A stretch of 64,000 nt of DNA from an uncultured Chitinophaga sp. (GCA_964493695.1 CAZBPG010000003.1:124-64123); one strand, 5' to 3'; counted from the stretch's first letter, positions 27,742-38,778 are shown. Translations and numbers: made by a program. The notes: generated by a model not told the origin, from the sequence alone.

Positions 27742-28344
27742 TCATTTCACTTCGAAATCAAAAACCTTTTCGGCTTCCAGAAAACCCTCTAACCGGTCGC
27801 CAATTTTTACAGGTCCTACTCCGGCAGGTGTTCCTGTAAAAATTAAATCACCGGTTTGCAAAGTGAAGAACTGTGAAGCGTAGGAAATTATTTTCTCGAA
27901 AGAGAATATCATATAGATGGTGTTTCCCTTTTGAACTTCTGCACCATTCAAATTCATGGAGAAATTGAAGTCTTTGGAATCATCTGCCTTTTTGAATTTA
28001 CCAATAACAGCAGAGTTATCAAACGCTTTTGCAATTTCCCAGGGCAGGCCTTTTGCTTTTTGCCGGCTTTGTAAATCACGGGCGGTGAAATCAATTCCAA
28101 CTGTTACTTCATCAAAATACTTTCGGGCAAATTTTTCATCAATGTATTTCCCCTGCTTACAAACTTTCAAAACCAACTCGGTTTCGTAATGCAGATCTTG
28201 TGTCCATTCAGGATAATAGAACGGCTTATTGTCTTTGAGTAAAGCGGTTTGAGGTTTCAGAAATACAACTGGCTTATCGGGAGTTTCATTCTTCAGTTCT
28301 TTAGCATGTTCGCTGTAGTTTCGCCCTATGCATATAATTTTCAT
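27742..28344 (-). CDS. Fumarylacetoacetate hydrolase family protein
   Basis: CIGRNYSEH, HYETEL, DFTARDLQ and GDLIFTGTPAGVG motifs. Confidence 0.95.
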   Translation of the reverse strand: MKIICIGRNYSEHAKELKNETPDKPVVFLKPQTALLKDNKPFYYPEWTQDLHYETELVLKVCKQGKYIDEKFARKYFDEVTVGIDFTARDLQSRQKAKGLPWEIAKAFDNSAVIGKFKKADDSKDFNFSMNLNGAEVQKGNTIYMIFSFEKIISYASQFFTLQTGDLIFTGTPAGVGPVKIGDRLEGFLEAEKVFDFEVK

Positions 28345-28354
28345 GAAACGAATA

Positions 28355-29131
28355 TCAAAAACTTTTAGAATGACATCTTTTGTCTATCGCAACATACACG
28401 CAGGAAAGGAGAAATCCACTGCGAAACAGAAACTCGGGAAACCCGAACAAGAGAGAAAGATAAACAACAACTACCAGCCAAATACTGCCAATCATAGCAG
28501 CCGGACGGGAAAATTTTCCAGTTAACAGCCAGAGTCCTAAAAAAGTATCTGTAAACCCACTGTAGAACACAATCTTGTTTGCCGTTTCTTCTGAAAAAAT
28601 TTGTGAAGCCAGTTCAATGTGTGCGCCTTTCAATCCGAACAGGGCAAGTGAGGCTAGTCCATGTGCCAAAAACGCGAAAGCAATTCCACCGCGCAGTAGT
28701 TTGTAATACTGAATGTTCCTATAGTGATACAGGATCAGAAATATGCAGTAGAAAATCCACGGGAAACGCCTGAACGATTCGGCAATGCCGAACAGCGAAC
28801 CTGTTTTGTGAACAAAATAAGCCCAACCGCAACAAGCAACTGTTATCAGATAAATTCCTGAATAAGGCAAGATATACTTCGGGAAAATTCTAAAAAGGAT
28901 ACTAGTCGCAAGAATCAAATCCATTATACCCTGAATTTTCAAAAACGTTTCAACATCCCAGTGTAAAACATTAACGGATTCAAATATTCGGTAGTGTAAC
29001 TCGTAACCATTGCTAAATCCCAGAGAAACCAACCCGTGACCGATAAAAGTGATAAACAGCACAAAGCGGAAACACAATACTGTGTTTTCTTTCACCCAGC
29101 CTAAAATTCGTTGCAAGAAAAGTTCCAACAT
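28355..29131 (-). CDS. Hypothetical membrane protein made of two DoxX-like halves
   Basis: About 8 TM helices; GHGLVS and AHGLAS repeated in each half. Start trimmed to MLELF. Confidence 0.65.
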   Translation of the reverse strand: MLELFLQRILGWVKENTVLCFRFVLFITFIGHGLVSLGFSNGYELHYRIFESVNVLHWDVETFLKIQGIMDLILATSILFRIFPKYILPYSGIYLITVACCGWAYFVHKTGSLFGIAESFRRFPWIFYCIFLILYHYRNIQYYKLLRGGIAFAFLAHGLASLALFGLKGAHIELASQIFSEETANKIVFYSGFTDTFLGLWLLTGKFSRPAAMIGSIWLVVVVYLSLLFGFPEFLFRSGFLLSCVYVAIDKRCHSKSF

Positions 29132-29242
29132 TGTATTGCAAAATGGGCAAAAATTTTTAATCGCAAAATTTTGATTATGCCGATAATACCTTAGTTTTCC
29201 GCAAGCTATTTCTACCACTTACACTAACCACTCAAACTTTGA

Positions 29243-30694
29243 ATGACGAGTTTCATCTTCAAAAAGATTATTAGGCCAATTGTATTTGCACCGATTTTCC
29301 TGTTTGGTGCCGGTAATTTTTGTGTTCTGTCCCAACCTGCTTTTCAAAAAGCCTTAGGCATGGAAAGTTTTGAAAAGGGAAGTGCCTTTAAAATTCTTCG
29401 TGATAACTCTTTCATTATAGTTGGCGAATCGGAAAGTTACGGGCAAACCGAGCGTGATATGCTCATGATGAAAACGGATAGCTTAGGGAATGTAATCTGG
29501 ACTAAAACTTATGGTGGACCAGAACGTGAAACGGTAAACGATGTACTGCCCACCCAAAACGGATTTTTGTTTACAGCTGAAAAATACCAACCAAACAAGC
29601 AAGAAGGCGAAAACCTTACACTTTTTAATACAGACATAAATGGAAATTTAAGATGGAAAAAAATATTTGATGAAGGTGGTAATGAAACAGAAGGCTTTTC
29701 GATGCAGCAAACCCTCGACAACAATTACATCATTGCAGGTATGGTAAAAAAAATGAGTGTAGTAAGCAGTGCATTTTTTACCATGCGCAGCGAAGACCAA
29801 AGTGTTTACCTCTTAAAAGTTGACGAAAATGGTAATAAACTATGGTCGCGTACTTTTGATTATGGCGAAGAAAATGTTTCCAGCACAGGCACCTCGGTGG
29901 CGGTAATGAAAGATGGCTCTTACATGATAAGCGGTAACATTGCGAAAATAGGTAAGACAGACAAAAAAATAGAAAAACCCGCAAGGCAGGTAAACATGGA
30001 TGATATACGAAACATGTTGCTGATGAAGGTTTCTCCTAACGGGGCTTTACAGTGGGCGAAGGAATATTCGGCTTCTAAAATCACCATGGGTTATACTGTG
30101 ATAGAAAAAGAAGATGGAGGAATAGCTGTTATCGGAAACACGAATGTTTCTTCTAACAACATTGATGTTTTCTTAATGAACCTGGATAAAGACGGGAATG
30201 TTCAATGGGCAAAAACTTTTGGAGGTGCAAAATTTGAATCAGCCGCTGATATACTTCAAACTCCCGATGGAGGCTTTATTGTTTCAGCGATGACTTACAG
30301 CTTTGGTAACGGTATATCCGATGTTTTGAATTTTAAAGCCGATGCAAAAGGAAATTTACTTTGGGCTAAAACTTATGGCGGCAAGAATGAAGAGTATCCT
30401 TCAAAAATAGCGTTGACGAAAAACGGCATCGTTACACTAGGATGCACCGGCAGCAATGGTGCTGAAAGTTTTGATGTTTTGCTGATGAAAACAGATTTAA
30501 GCGGTAACAATTCATGCTTCGGCAAAGATGCAAAACTGGCAGTTGCAAATTTTCAGACTGCTTCCCGCAAAATTGAAAATGCGAAAACAGAAAAAGTTGA
30601 ACAGGGAGTTTTTCCTCCTAATATGACAAGGCCGGATGTAAAAAATGTTTCAGAAAACAGAAGAGAAGTAAGAAGTAAAAATCTGTGTGAGTAA
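29243..30694 (+). CDS. Secreted beta-propeller-like repeat protein
   Basis: Signal peptide and repeated L(L/M)KTD..GN..W.KT(Y/F)GG blades; no C-terminal T9SS signal seen. Confidence 0.75.
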   Translation: MTSFIFKKIIRPIVFAPIFLFGAGNFCVLSQPAFQKALGMESFEKGSAFKILRDNSFIIVGESESYGQTERDMLMMKTDSLGNVIWTKTYGGPERETVNDVLPTQNGFLFTAEKYQPNKQEGENLTLFNTDINGNLRWKKIFDEGGNETEGFSMQQTLDNNYIIAGMVKKMSVVSSAFFTMRSEDQSVYLLKVDENGNKLWSRTFDYGEENVSSTGTSVAVMKDGSYMISGNIAKIGKTDKKIEKPARQVNMDDIRNMLLMKVSPNGALQWAKEYSASKITMGYTVIEKEDGGIAVIGNTNVSSNNIDVFLMNLDKDGNVQWAKTFGGAKFESAADILQTPDGGFIVSAMTYSFGNGISDVLNFKADAKGNLLWAKTYGGKNEEYPSKIALTKNGIVTLGCTGSNGAESFDVLLMKTDLSGNNSCFGKDAKLAVANFQTASRKIENAKTEKVEQGVFPPNMTRPDVKNVSENRREVRSKNLCE

Positions 30695-30715
30695 TTTTTA
30701 ACCAAAATCCGCAGC

Positions 30716-33700
30716 ATGAAAGCTGCTTTACGCAAAGTAATTTTTCTGGTTCTATCACTGATTCTTTTCAGCGCAGAGAAATTGCATGCCAACGGCTGCA
30801 CCGGTTCCTGGTTTACAATGGTTTATTCGCCCTGGTGTAACTGTTGGCAGGTTTGCGGTAATTACATCAGCGACTGCGATGAAGTAGTAAGCCTAAGCTG
30901 GAATTTTGGAGACGGCACTACCGCAACTGGCGAAAATCCTTGCCATCAGTTTCCTGGACCCGGAACTTATACTGTAACAATGACCATTGTTGCATACTGT
31001 CACAATACTTTTTTTAATCTATTCACAACAACCTGTCATATTACGCAACAGGTTGTTGTGCCGGCCAATAACCCGCCTTTGGTGGCAGATTTTGTAGCTG
31101 ATACGACCTGTTATGGAAGCCCCACAACTTTTACAAATGCGACAACCGGGCCTGGCGGAAACAATACTTACACCTGGGTATTTCCCGATGGCACAGTTAG
31201 CCATGCAGCAAACCCCAGTTACACCTTTGACAGTTGCGGAGCATTTGATGTGATGATGATTGTGCAAAACCAAGCACCATGTTGCACTTATGTAGGTGAC
31301 GACACCATTATTCAGCGTGTGTTTGTGGATTGCACTCCGTTCGAGCACTCCAACGAACTCGGACTAACCGAACCCTATATTCATGAAAGCCTGGCAACCA
31401 TTGATGTTTTATCCGGTACCTGTGCAGGCGATACTACCCGTTTTCTGATAACACCGGTCGGTCCTATTGTTCATTGGTTTTGGACTTTTCCTGACGGCTC
31501 ACTGAGTTTTTATCCTGATCCATGGTATGTTTATAACGCCTGCCCTCCTGCAATAAATTATACTACAGTAACAGTGTTTACTGATAGAGGATGTGTAGGA
31601 TACATTGATTCCCTTACCGGAATATTTTGTCCCTCTAACATTGGGCTGAATTACACAGAGCCGCTTTGTACCGGTCAATGCAGTGCTACAGCAACTACTA
31701 CTTTATCCGGAGGGACTCCACCTTACACTGTAGAATGGAGTGACCCTAACAATCAGACAACTGCAACTGCCACTAATCTTTGTCCGGGGAACTACACCGT
31801 TACAATTACGGATGGTAACGGGTGCACTGCCACCCCGAATCAACCGGTAACGGTAACTGATTTTCCTTATCCATTTTTGGGGTTGGTTTCAGCCGGAAGT
31901 ACTATCCTTTGCTATGGTGATTACGGAGGATCTGCTGTTTTGAACATGAGCGGAGGTACTCCACCATACACTTTCTTTTGGGCAAACGGTGTTGCCGATA
32001 GCAGCGTTACAGGATTACAGGGAGGCAATACCAACGTAACCGCTACCGATGCACACGGATGCACTTTTGTTGGCACCGCCTTTATCTGGCAACCGGACCC
32101 AATGGATGCAATTATTACTTCAGGCAATGCGGCTTGTGGTATGTGTAATGGTTCTGCAAATGCAGAAGGTACAGGCGGACACTTTATTTACAATTATGAA
32201 TGGTTAACCACACCGGTGCAAACCACCGCTTATATCGGCAATCTTTGTGCGGGAATATATCTGGTAGAAGTGGAAGATGCCACAGTGCCGGGGTGTTTAG
32301 ATACAGTAACAGCAATTGTGAATGAAACCGGTGCACAAGCAATTAGTGTTTCTTCTGTAAATGCTACTTGCTCAAACATTTGCAACGGCAACGCGACAGT
32401 TACATTTACGGGCGGGTGCAATGATCCTCCATGTACTGTCGAGTGGCTCGACTCTTCCGGAGCACCTATAAATCAAACATCTGTTACCGCAACAGGTTTG
32501 TGTGAAGGCGATTTCATTGTTCATATTACTAATGGATTGGGCTGTAATTCATTTGCAAGCTTCAGCATCGCAGTTCCTAATCCGGTTGTGCCAAATACTG
32601 CTACCACGGTAAATAGTTGCGGGGGTTCCTGTAACGGAAGCATTACAGTAACCACAACAGGAGGAACTGCTCCTTATACAAATGCCTGGCTGGACAGTAA
32701 CGGCATTTTAATTGCCGGTCAAACAAACGCCATCATAAATAATTTGTGTACTGGAAATTACTTCGCTCAGGTAACCGATCAATCCGGATGCATCGCTGTT
32801 GCTTCAGCCACCATTTATGGGAATCCGTTTAATGCTACCGCTACCGGAAACTCCGTTTTATGCAATGGAGATTGTAATGGAATGGTTACTGCTATAGCCA
32901 CAGCAGGCACAACGCCATACTCGTATTCTCTGTTAGATGGAAACAATAACACCGTTTATTCCGGAAACAGTTTTGTTATTGCTAATCTGTGTTCAGGCAG
33001 TTACACTTTAAATGCGTTAGATGCGGGCGGATGCACGGTAAGTGTTCCGGTAAGTATTTCACAACCCGCAGCAATAAATCCTGTTACTTCTACAATAGAG
33101 CCTTCTTGCTTCGGCAACTGTAACGGAACAGTTTCGGTAACCGTTTCCGGGGGAACACCTCCATTCACATACGAATGGAGAAATAGTATTGGTTCTTTGA
33201 TTGGCACAACCTCTTCCATAAATAATCTTTGTGCGGGCACTTATGCAGTTCAGGTTACAGACTCAAATCATTGCATTACACCATTCGTACCGGTTGTATT
33301 GAACCAGCCACTGGCTTTACTCGATTCAGTAGAAATTATTGATCCCTACTGTAACGGGGGACAGGGGTCTATTGATCTCACTCCATTTGGCGGAACTTCT
33401 CCTTATGCTTTCACGTGGAACACAGGCGATACTACAGAAGATATAGGCGGACTTTCAGGCGGAAATTTTTCTGTATTGATACAAGACGCAAACAATTGCG
33501 TAAGAAACGTGGCCGTTACATTCACTTTACTTCCACCGCTTGTAACGAGTATTGCAGCACATTCCTATAACGGGTATCACTTTAAATGCTACAACGGCAA
33601 CGATGGAGAAGTAGTTTTAGATGTAACCGGTGGATTACCGCCCTATACTTATTTGTGGGATGACCCGCAGAATTCTACCGTTGACTCCATTTACGGTTTG

Positions 33701-35305
33701 GCTCCCGGATTGTATCATGTAACCGTAACGGATGCCCATGGTTGTGTACGGGCTGATAGCGTAAGCCTGGATTTGATTCCACCGCCATATTCCCTTGATG
33801 AGGTTCATCAGGATGTTTTGTGTTATGGCGACAGCAGCGGAAGTATTACTGTTACACCGGTTGGAGGTGTACCCCCGTACATTGCTTATTGGGAACATGA
33901 TAATAACCTGCAAAATACCCAGATTTCGAATCTTGACACCGGTCAATACATCATCTATGTTTTTGATTCGGTTTTCTGCTTAAAGATAGATACCACTCAA
34001 ATTACCCAACCATTACCTCTTTCTGTTTCGCATATAGCAATAGATGCAACTTGTGCAGGAGTAAACAACGGAAGCGTTGACCTAACTGTGATTGGGGGAA
34101 TAACACCTTATAGTTTTTCCTGGAATACAGGCTTGTATACTACAGAAGATGTGTCTTCTCTTGCTGCCGGTGCTTATAATGTTGTGGTCAACGACTCAAA
34201 CAATTGCACTATTTCTGATTCTGCGATTGTCAATCAACCGCAAGCAATGTCAACCTCCATTACCACAAATAATACAAGTTGTTTTGCAGGGAACGATGGC
34301 AGTATTGATTTGACAGTAACAGGAGCATCTTTGCCAATAACTTATAACTGGAACGCAGGACAATTTTCCACCGAAGATTTGCAAAGCGTTTATGCGGGAA
34401 ATTATTTGGTAGTAGTTACAGATAACAATAACTGTACAACTACTGATTCCACCGTGATTACGGAACCACCTCTGATAACCGGTAACAGGCAGGTAAGCAT
34501 TTGCATAACGGATAGTTTTTTTGTTGGAGGAAGTTTCCAAAATAGTGCAGGAGTCTACATTGATACACTGAATGCTTCCAATGGTTGTGATAGCGTTCTA
34601 GCTACTGATCTGTCCCTGATCAATCAATTCAACAGCCAGTTTCAGCAAACAGTTTGTTACGGACAGTGGTTTTTATACAATGGCAATTACTATTCTTCCG
34701 CTGGGGTTTATCTTGACACACTTACCTCTGCTGCCGGCTGTGACAGCATTATCACTTTTACTTTGAATGTATTACCAGATATTGACATAAGCGCATCTCC
34801 AGATCACGCCAAGCTTTTGATTGGAGATAGCGTTACAATAAACATTCTTACTAATGCTGCAGCAGGAAATGTTACCTATAGTTGGTTCCCCACAGGCGGA
34901 TTAAGTTGCCCGACCTGTCCGGTTTCAATTGTTTCTCCTGAATTAGATACACGCTATACGGTAATTGGGATCGATACAAATGGTTGTCGGGATACTACCA
35001 TCGTTCCTGTTTTCGTCTCTCAGCCTGCCCTTTTTATTCCGAATGTATTTACGCCTAACGGTGATGGAGCCAACGATTTCTTTCAGATTTTCGGAAACCT
35101 AAGTTCACTTAGGTATTTAGAGGTGAAAGTTTTTGACCGGTGGGGCGAAAAAGTTTTCGAAAGCAACGACCACCATTTTAAATGGGACGGAACTTTTAAA
35201 GGAAAACCAATGCAGCCCGCTGTGTTTGTGTATGTAATAGAAGCGGCTTTTGCGAATGATTCAAAAGCTCGCCTTTGGAAGGGTAGTGTAACCTTAATGC
35301 GGTAG
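30716..35305 (+). CDS. Large T9SS type-B cargo (gliding-motility-associated CTD) with PKD domains and SprB repeats
   Basis: WNFGDG PKD motif, many GGTPPY.Y.W repeats and a terminal FIPNVFTPNGDG.ND CTD. Confidence 0.92.
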   Translation: MKAALRKVIFLVLSLILFSAEKLHANGCTGSWFTMVYSPWCNCWQVCGNYISDCDEVVSLSWNFGDGTTATGENPCHQFPGPGTYTVTMTIVAYCHNTFFNLFTTTCHITQQVVVPANNPPLVADFVADTTCYGSPTTFTNATTGPGGNNTYTWVFPDGTVSHAANPSYTFDSCGAFDVMMIVQNQAPCCTYVGDDTIIQRVFVDCTPFEHSNELGLTEPYIHESLATIDVLSGTCAGDTTRFLITPVGPIVHWFWTFPDGSLSFYPDPWYVYNACPPAINYTTVTVFTDRGCVGYIDSLTGIFCPSNIGLNYTEPLCTGQCSATATTTLSGGTPPYTVEWSDPNNQTTATATNLCPGNYTVTITDGNGCTATPNQPVTVTDFPYPFLGLVSAGSTILCYGDYGGSAVLNMSGGTPPYTFFWANGVADSSVTGLQGGNTNVTATDAHGCTFVGTAFIWQPDPMDAIITSGNAACGMCNGSANAEGTGGHFIYNYEWLTTPVQTTAYIGNLCAGIYLVEVEDATVPGCLDTVTAIVNETGAQAISVSSVNATCSNICNGNATVTFTGGCNDPPCTVEWLDSSGAPINQTSVTATGLCEGDFIVHITNGLGCNSFASFSIAVPNPVVPNTATTVNSCGGSCNGSITVTTTGGTAPYTNAWLDSNGILIAGQTNAIINNLCTGNYFAQVTDQSGCIAVASATIYGNPFNATATGNSVLCNGDCNGMVTAIATAGTTPYSYSLLDGNNNTVYSGNSFVIANLCSGSYTLNALDAGGCTVSVPVSISQPAAINPVTSTIEPSCFGNCNGTVSVTVSGGTPPFTYEWRNSIGSLIGTTSSINNLCAGTYAVQVTDSNHCITPFVPVVLNQPLALLDSVEIIDPYCNGGQGSIDLTPFGGTSPYAFTWNTGDTTEDIGGLSGGNFSVLIQDANNCVRNVAVTFTLLPPLVTSIAAHSYNGYHFKCYNGNDGEVVLDVTGGLPPYTYLWDDPQNSTVDSIYGLAPGLYHVTVTDAHGCVRADSVSLDLIPPPYSLDEVHQDVLCYGDSSGSITVTPVGGVPPYIAYWEHDNNLQNTQISNLDTGQYIIYVFDSVFCLKIDTTQITQPLPLSVSHIAIDATCAGVNNGSVDLTVIGGITPYSFSWNTGLYTTEDVSSLAAGAYNVVVNDSNNCTISDSAIVNQPQAMSTSITTNNTSCFAGNDGSIDLTVTGASLPITYNWNAGQFSTEDLQSVYAGNYLVVVTDNNNCTTTDSTVITEPPLITGNRQVSICITDSFFVGGSFQNSAGVYIDTLNASNGCDSVLATDLSLINQFNSQFQQTVCYGQWFLYNGNYYSSAGVYLDTLTSAAGCDSIITFTLNVLPDIDISASPDHAKLLIGDSVTINILTNAAAGNVTYSWFPTGGLSCPTCPVSIVSPELDTRYTVIGIDTNGCRDTTIVPVFVSQPALFIPNVFTPNGDGANDFFQIFGNLSSLRYLEVKVFDRWGEKVFESNDHHFKWDGTFKGKPMQPAVFVYVIEAAFANDSKARLWKGSVTLMR

Positions 35306-35318
35306 CCTTTAGAGTTTG

Positions 35319-35720
35319 TTACTTCTTTCCGAAAAATTCTTCTCGAAAGTATCCCCCGCTTCCGCCATTGTTATAATAGAATCTCAAACTATCAGGCGAT
35401 TTAAATTCAAATGACTCTCCTACCGTGCAACAACCCCATCTGCTGAATTGGGCACTATCGTTGTATTCAAATTTCCATTCATAATTATCATAAACGCGCT
35501 TGATAACTATACTGTCGTTATGAAGCGTATCTACTATAAAACTCCCTGTAAAGATCGAATCAAGGTAAGGCATACAGCCGTAACAACCAGCCACCTGATG
35601 AAAGGAGCCCATATAAGTGCCTCTTAAATAACAGGCATCGCAGGTTGTTTGCTGAGTCTCTTTTTTACAAGCCTGTAAAAGCAACACCGAAAAAACTATT
35701 ACGGGAATCGGCCTCATCAT
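35319..35720 (-). CDS. Hypothetical lipoprotein
   Basis: LLLQAC lipobox followed by KKE; several CxxC or CC motifs; overlaps the pth stop. Confidence 0.65.
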   Translation of the reverse strand: MMRPIPVIVFSVLLLQACKKETQQTTCDACYLRGTYMGSFHQVAGCYGCMPYLDSIFTGSFIVDTLHNDSIVIKRVYDNYEWKFEYNDSAQFSRWGCCTVGESFEFKSPDSLRFYYNNGGSGGYFREEFFGKK

Positions 35721-36277
35721 TTGTTGTATTTACTCATTGCCCGTTCAATTCCTTCAAACATAAAACTGTTTACTCCTTCGCAGGCAACTTTAATTCTTTC
35801 ATCTAAAGTTTTCATTTCTTCTACGCCCCACTTTCCTAAAACATAATCTACCTGTTTGCCTTTGGCAAATTCATTTCCTACCCCAAAACGTAGACGCGGA
35901 TAGTTGCTATTGCCCAAGGTGGCATCAATATCTTTAAGTCCGTTGTGTCCGCCATCACTTCCTTTTTGGCGAATGCGAATAGAACCGAAGGGAATTGCTA
36001 AATCATCCAGCACTACCAATAAATTTTGCTGAGGGATTTTCAGTTCATTCATCCAATATCGAACTGCTTTGCCCGAAAGATTCATGTAAGTAGTCGGCTT
36101 GATGAGATAGATGTTTTTTCCCCTGCTTCTGTATTCGGCAAAAAAGGCAAGCCGCTCCAACCGAAACAAAATCTTGTTCTGCTTTGCCAACTCATCGGCT
36201 ATTTTAAATCCGATATTGTGACGGGTATTCTCGCATTCTTCTCCTATGTTTCCCAATCCGGCAATCAAAAAACTCAT
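35717..36277 (-). CDS. pth: Peptidyl-tRNA hydrolase
   Basis: GLGNIG, TRHNIGF, KPTTYMNLSG and GGHNGL motifs. Confidence 0.97.
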   Translation of the reverse strand: MSFLIAGLGNIGEECENTRHNIGFKIADELAKQNKILFRLERLAFFAEYRSRGKNIYLIKPTTYMNLSGKAVRYWMNELKIPQQNLLVVLDDLAIPFGSIRIRQKGSDGGHNGLKDIDATLGNSNYPRLRFGVGNEFAKGKQVDYVLGKWGVEEMKTLDERIKVACEGVNSFMFEGIERAMSKYNK

Positions 36278-36343
36278 AGTGTTAAAGTGAATAGTAAATA
36301 GTTCCTCCCGTGGTTAAGCGGAAGTGAACAGGCAATAGTAAAT

Positions 36344-36376
36344 AAAAAAAGCGTGCTGCATTTCTGCGGCACGCTT
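36344..36376 (-). terminator. Intrinsic terminator after rplY
   Basis: On the minus strand, AAGCGTGCCGCA-GAAA-TGCAGCACGCTT followed by a T-run. Confidence 0.8.
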
Positions 36377-36398
36377 AGTTTGAAAGTAATCGCGAAGT

Positions 36399-37058
36399 TT
36401 ACTTCTTCTTATCGTCCTTTTTTTCTTCTGCTTTTGCATCAGCACCCGCAGCAGCCGGTGTTGCACCAGCAGCAGGAGCTGCAGCAGCAACCGGTGCAGC
36501 CACTTCTTCAACCACTGTGCGCGGTATCTGAACTTTTGCAAACGGATTAGCCGGAGCGTGCAACAATGTAACGCCCGGAAGCACTATCTCTTTAATACGC
36601 TTGATAGAACCGAGGTCCATATCTGTTACATCAATAACAATTTCTGCTGGCAGGTCTTTAGGTAAAGCAAGCACATGCAATTTTCTGAAAGCTTGTTCTA
36701 ACCTTCCTCCCAGAATAATTCCCTTCGGAGTTCCTGTAAGTTTAAGCGGAACGTAAACTTTTACTTTTACATCGTCTACCAGTTCCTGAAAATCGAGGTG
36801 CATTAAACTGTCCTTTACCGGTTCGAATTGTGAGTCTTTCACAATCGCTTTATAGGTTTTTCCGTTCAGGTTGATTTCGGCCAAACGAAAGTCGGGCGTG
36901 TAAATCAGTTTACGGAATTCCGAAACCGGAGCATAGAAGTTTAAAGTTTCTTTGCCTCCATACAAATTACAAGGAACGTTACCTGCCTTGCGCAGTGCAC
37001 GCGTAGCCTTCTTCCCTAATTCGGTTCTTGGCGTGCCGTTGATTACTACTGTTTCCAT
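36399..37058 (-). CDS. rplY: 50S ribosomal protein L25 / general stress protein Ctc
   Basis: RTELGKKATRALRK, VPCNLYGG and HLDFQEL motifs; Ala-rich tail. Confidence 0.96.
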   Translation of the reverse strand: METVVINGTPRTELGKKATRALRKAGNVPCNLYGGKETLNFYAPVSEFRKLIYTPDFRLAEINLNGKTYKAIVKDSQFEPVKDSLMHLDFQELVDDVKVKVYVPLKLTGTPKGIILGGRLEQAFRKLHVLALPKDLPAEIVIDVTDMDLGSIKRIKEIVLPGVTLLHAPANPFAKVQIPRTVVEEVAAPVAAAAPAAGATPAAAGADAKAEEKKDDKKK

Positions 37059-37105
37059 TTTAAAATTGGATTTTGGTTTATGAATAAAATCTTGTTTACC
37101 TTCTT

Positions 37106-38053
37106 TTATACTGATGGTGTTATGAACAGCGAGTTAATACTCTTGTGTTCATGCGTATTTCTGATTGCCTGAGCAAAAAGTTTAGCTACACTTAACGCTT
37201 TAATTTTTTTCGATTCGTGTGTTAAAGGAAGAGTGTCTGTTACTATCAGTTCCGTCAACATGCTCTTCTCAATGTTATCGTATGCCTTGCCCGAAAGCAC
37301 TGCATGAGTACAAAATGCTCTAACGCTGTTAGCTCCCTTATCCATCACCATGCTGGCTGCACTACAAAGCGTACCACCGGTATCAATCATATCGTCCACG
37401 AGCACCACATCTTTTCCTTCTACGCTCCCAATCAAAGTCATCTCGGCTACTTCATTAGCGCGCTTGCGATACTTATCGCAAATAACCATGTCGGCATTAA
37501 AATACTGCGCATAAATACGGGCACGTTTTACAGAACCCACATCGGGCGAAGCGAAACATAGGTTACTCCACTTTTGCTTTTTGATATAAGGCAAAAATAT
37601 TGCTGAACCGTTTAAGTGATCAAGCGGAATATCGAAGAAGCCCTGAATCTGTCCTGCGTGTAAATCCATCGTCATTACACGGTTGGCACCGGCAGCAGTT
37701 AAAAGATTAGCCACTAACTTAGCAGCAATTCCTACACGCGGCCTGTCTTTTCTGTCCTGACGGGCATAACCAAAATAAGGAATCACCGCAGTAATATAAT
37801 CTGCCGAAGCACGCTTTGCAGCATCTATCATCATCAGCAACTCCAGCAGGTTATCGCCCGGTGGGTTAGTGCTTTGAATAATAAACACAAATGAGCCGCG
37901 TATACTTTCCTTTATTTCAGGCTGAAACTCTCCATCACTAAATTTAAGAACGTCCATTTTACCGAGTGGCTGACCGTAGTGGTCTGCAATGTCTTCTGCC
38001 AGATATTTGGTTGCTGTACCTGTAAAAATCTTTACGTCTGTAGTCAGTAACAT
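37106..38053 (-). CDS. prs: Ribose-phosphate pyrophosphokinase
   Basis: FSDGE, PYFGYARQDRK, DLHAGQIQGFF and VDDMIDTGGT motifs. Confidence 0.98.
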   Translation of the reverse strand: MLLTTDVKIFTGTATKYLAEDIADHYGQPLGKMDVLKFSDGEFQPEIKESIRGSFVFIIQSTNPPGDNLLELLMMIDAAKRASADYITAVIPYFGYARQDRKDRPRVGIAAKLVANLLTAAGANRVMTMDLHAGQIQGFFDIPLDHLNGSAIFLPYIKKQKWSNLCFASPDVGSVKRARIYAQYFNADMVICDKYRKRANEVAEMTLIGSVEGKDVVLVDDMIDTGGTLCSAASMVMDKGANSVRAFCTHAVLSGKAYDNIEKSMLTELIVTDTLPLTHESKKIKALSVAKLFAQAIRNTHEHKSINSLFITPSV

Positions 38054-38134
38054 CGGTGTCCTTTTTTTTAAAAGGAGTGCAAAGATAATTTTAGAACTGA
38101 AAAACGGAAATGGGGTAACTTATTAGCCCGAATC

Positions 38135-38638
38135 CTACCTTCTCCTCTTTACATACATCGCCACGGAATACACCTTTGGAGCCGCAATAATAATGGCAAT
38201 GTTCAGCGTTAAATCTTTTGTTGTCGCTCTTGCTTTCTTTAGTTCTTTCAAGAAAACCGTAGCCGAATCATTACCATTCACTTCCTCCCATTTTTTCCAT
38301 TGCATACTATCCAGACAATAACCTACAAATGTCTTTAGCTCCTCTAGTTTTTTTAAGGCTGAAAGCGAATCCATGTTCTCGTTTGTCTTTGCCACAAAGC
38401 GGTTGTCTTTATCAGCATAATTTACCGGAAAACCCTCCAGTTTGATTGAATAGCCCGGCACCGGCAAAAAAGGACTTTGCTTGACCATTGTTCCATCGTA
38501 CGATTCAAAATTGTCGTTACGGCCGAGTTCAAATACTTTATTCAGGTTTTTGCAAAAGTTTTGCTGCGCATAACCCGGGGGTTGCGAAAAACCACTCAGA
38601 CTAAAAAAGAGAAAGAGAAAAAGAAAAAAACCTCTCAT
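38135..38638 (-). CDS. Hypothetical secreted protein
   Basis: Signal peptide MRGFFLFLFLFFSLSGFS. The longer ORF-track start runs through tRNA-Gln and was trimmed. Confidence 0.65.
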   Translation of the reverse strand: MRGFFLFLFLFFSLSGFSQPPGYAQQNFCKNLNKVFELGRNDNFESYDGTMVKQSPFLPVPGYSIKLEGFPVNYADKDNRFVAKTNENMDSLSALKKLEELKTFVGYCLDSMQWKKWEEVNGNDSATVFLKELKKARATTKDLTLNIAIIIAAPKVYSVAMYVKRRR

Positions 38639-38707
38639 AAGAAAAACAATTGCTGCACAAAAAAGGAAAGCGTTCCGTATATTAACGGAACGCTTAACAC
38701 TTTTCTG

Positions 38708-38778
38708 TTGACCCAGCTGGATTCGAACCAACACACACAGAACCAAAATCTGTAGTCCTGCCATTAGACGATGGGTCA
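38708..38778 (-). tRNA. tRNA-Gln(TTG)
   Basis: TGACCCA/TGGGTCA acceptor stem; anticodon loop TTTTGGT; GGTTCGAATCC T-arm. Confidence 0.93.

Noticed and set aside
38639-38764. N-terminal extension of the 209-aa ORF
   Set aside because: It reads through tRNA-Gln; a signal peptide begins at 38638.
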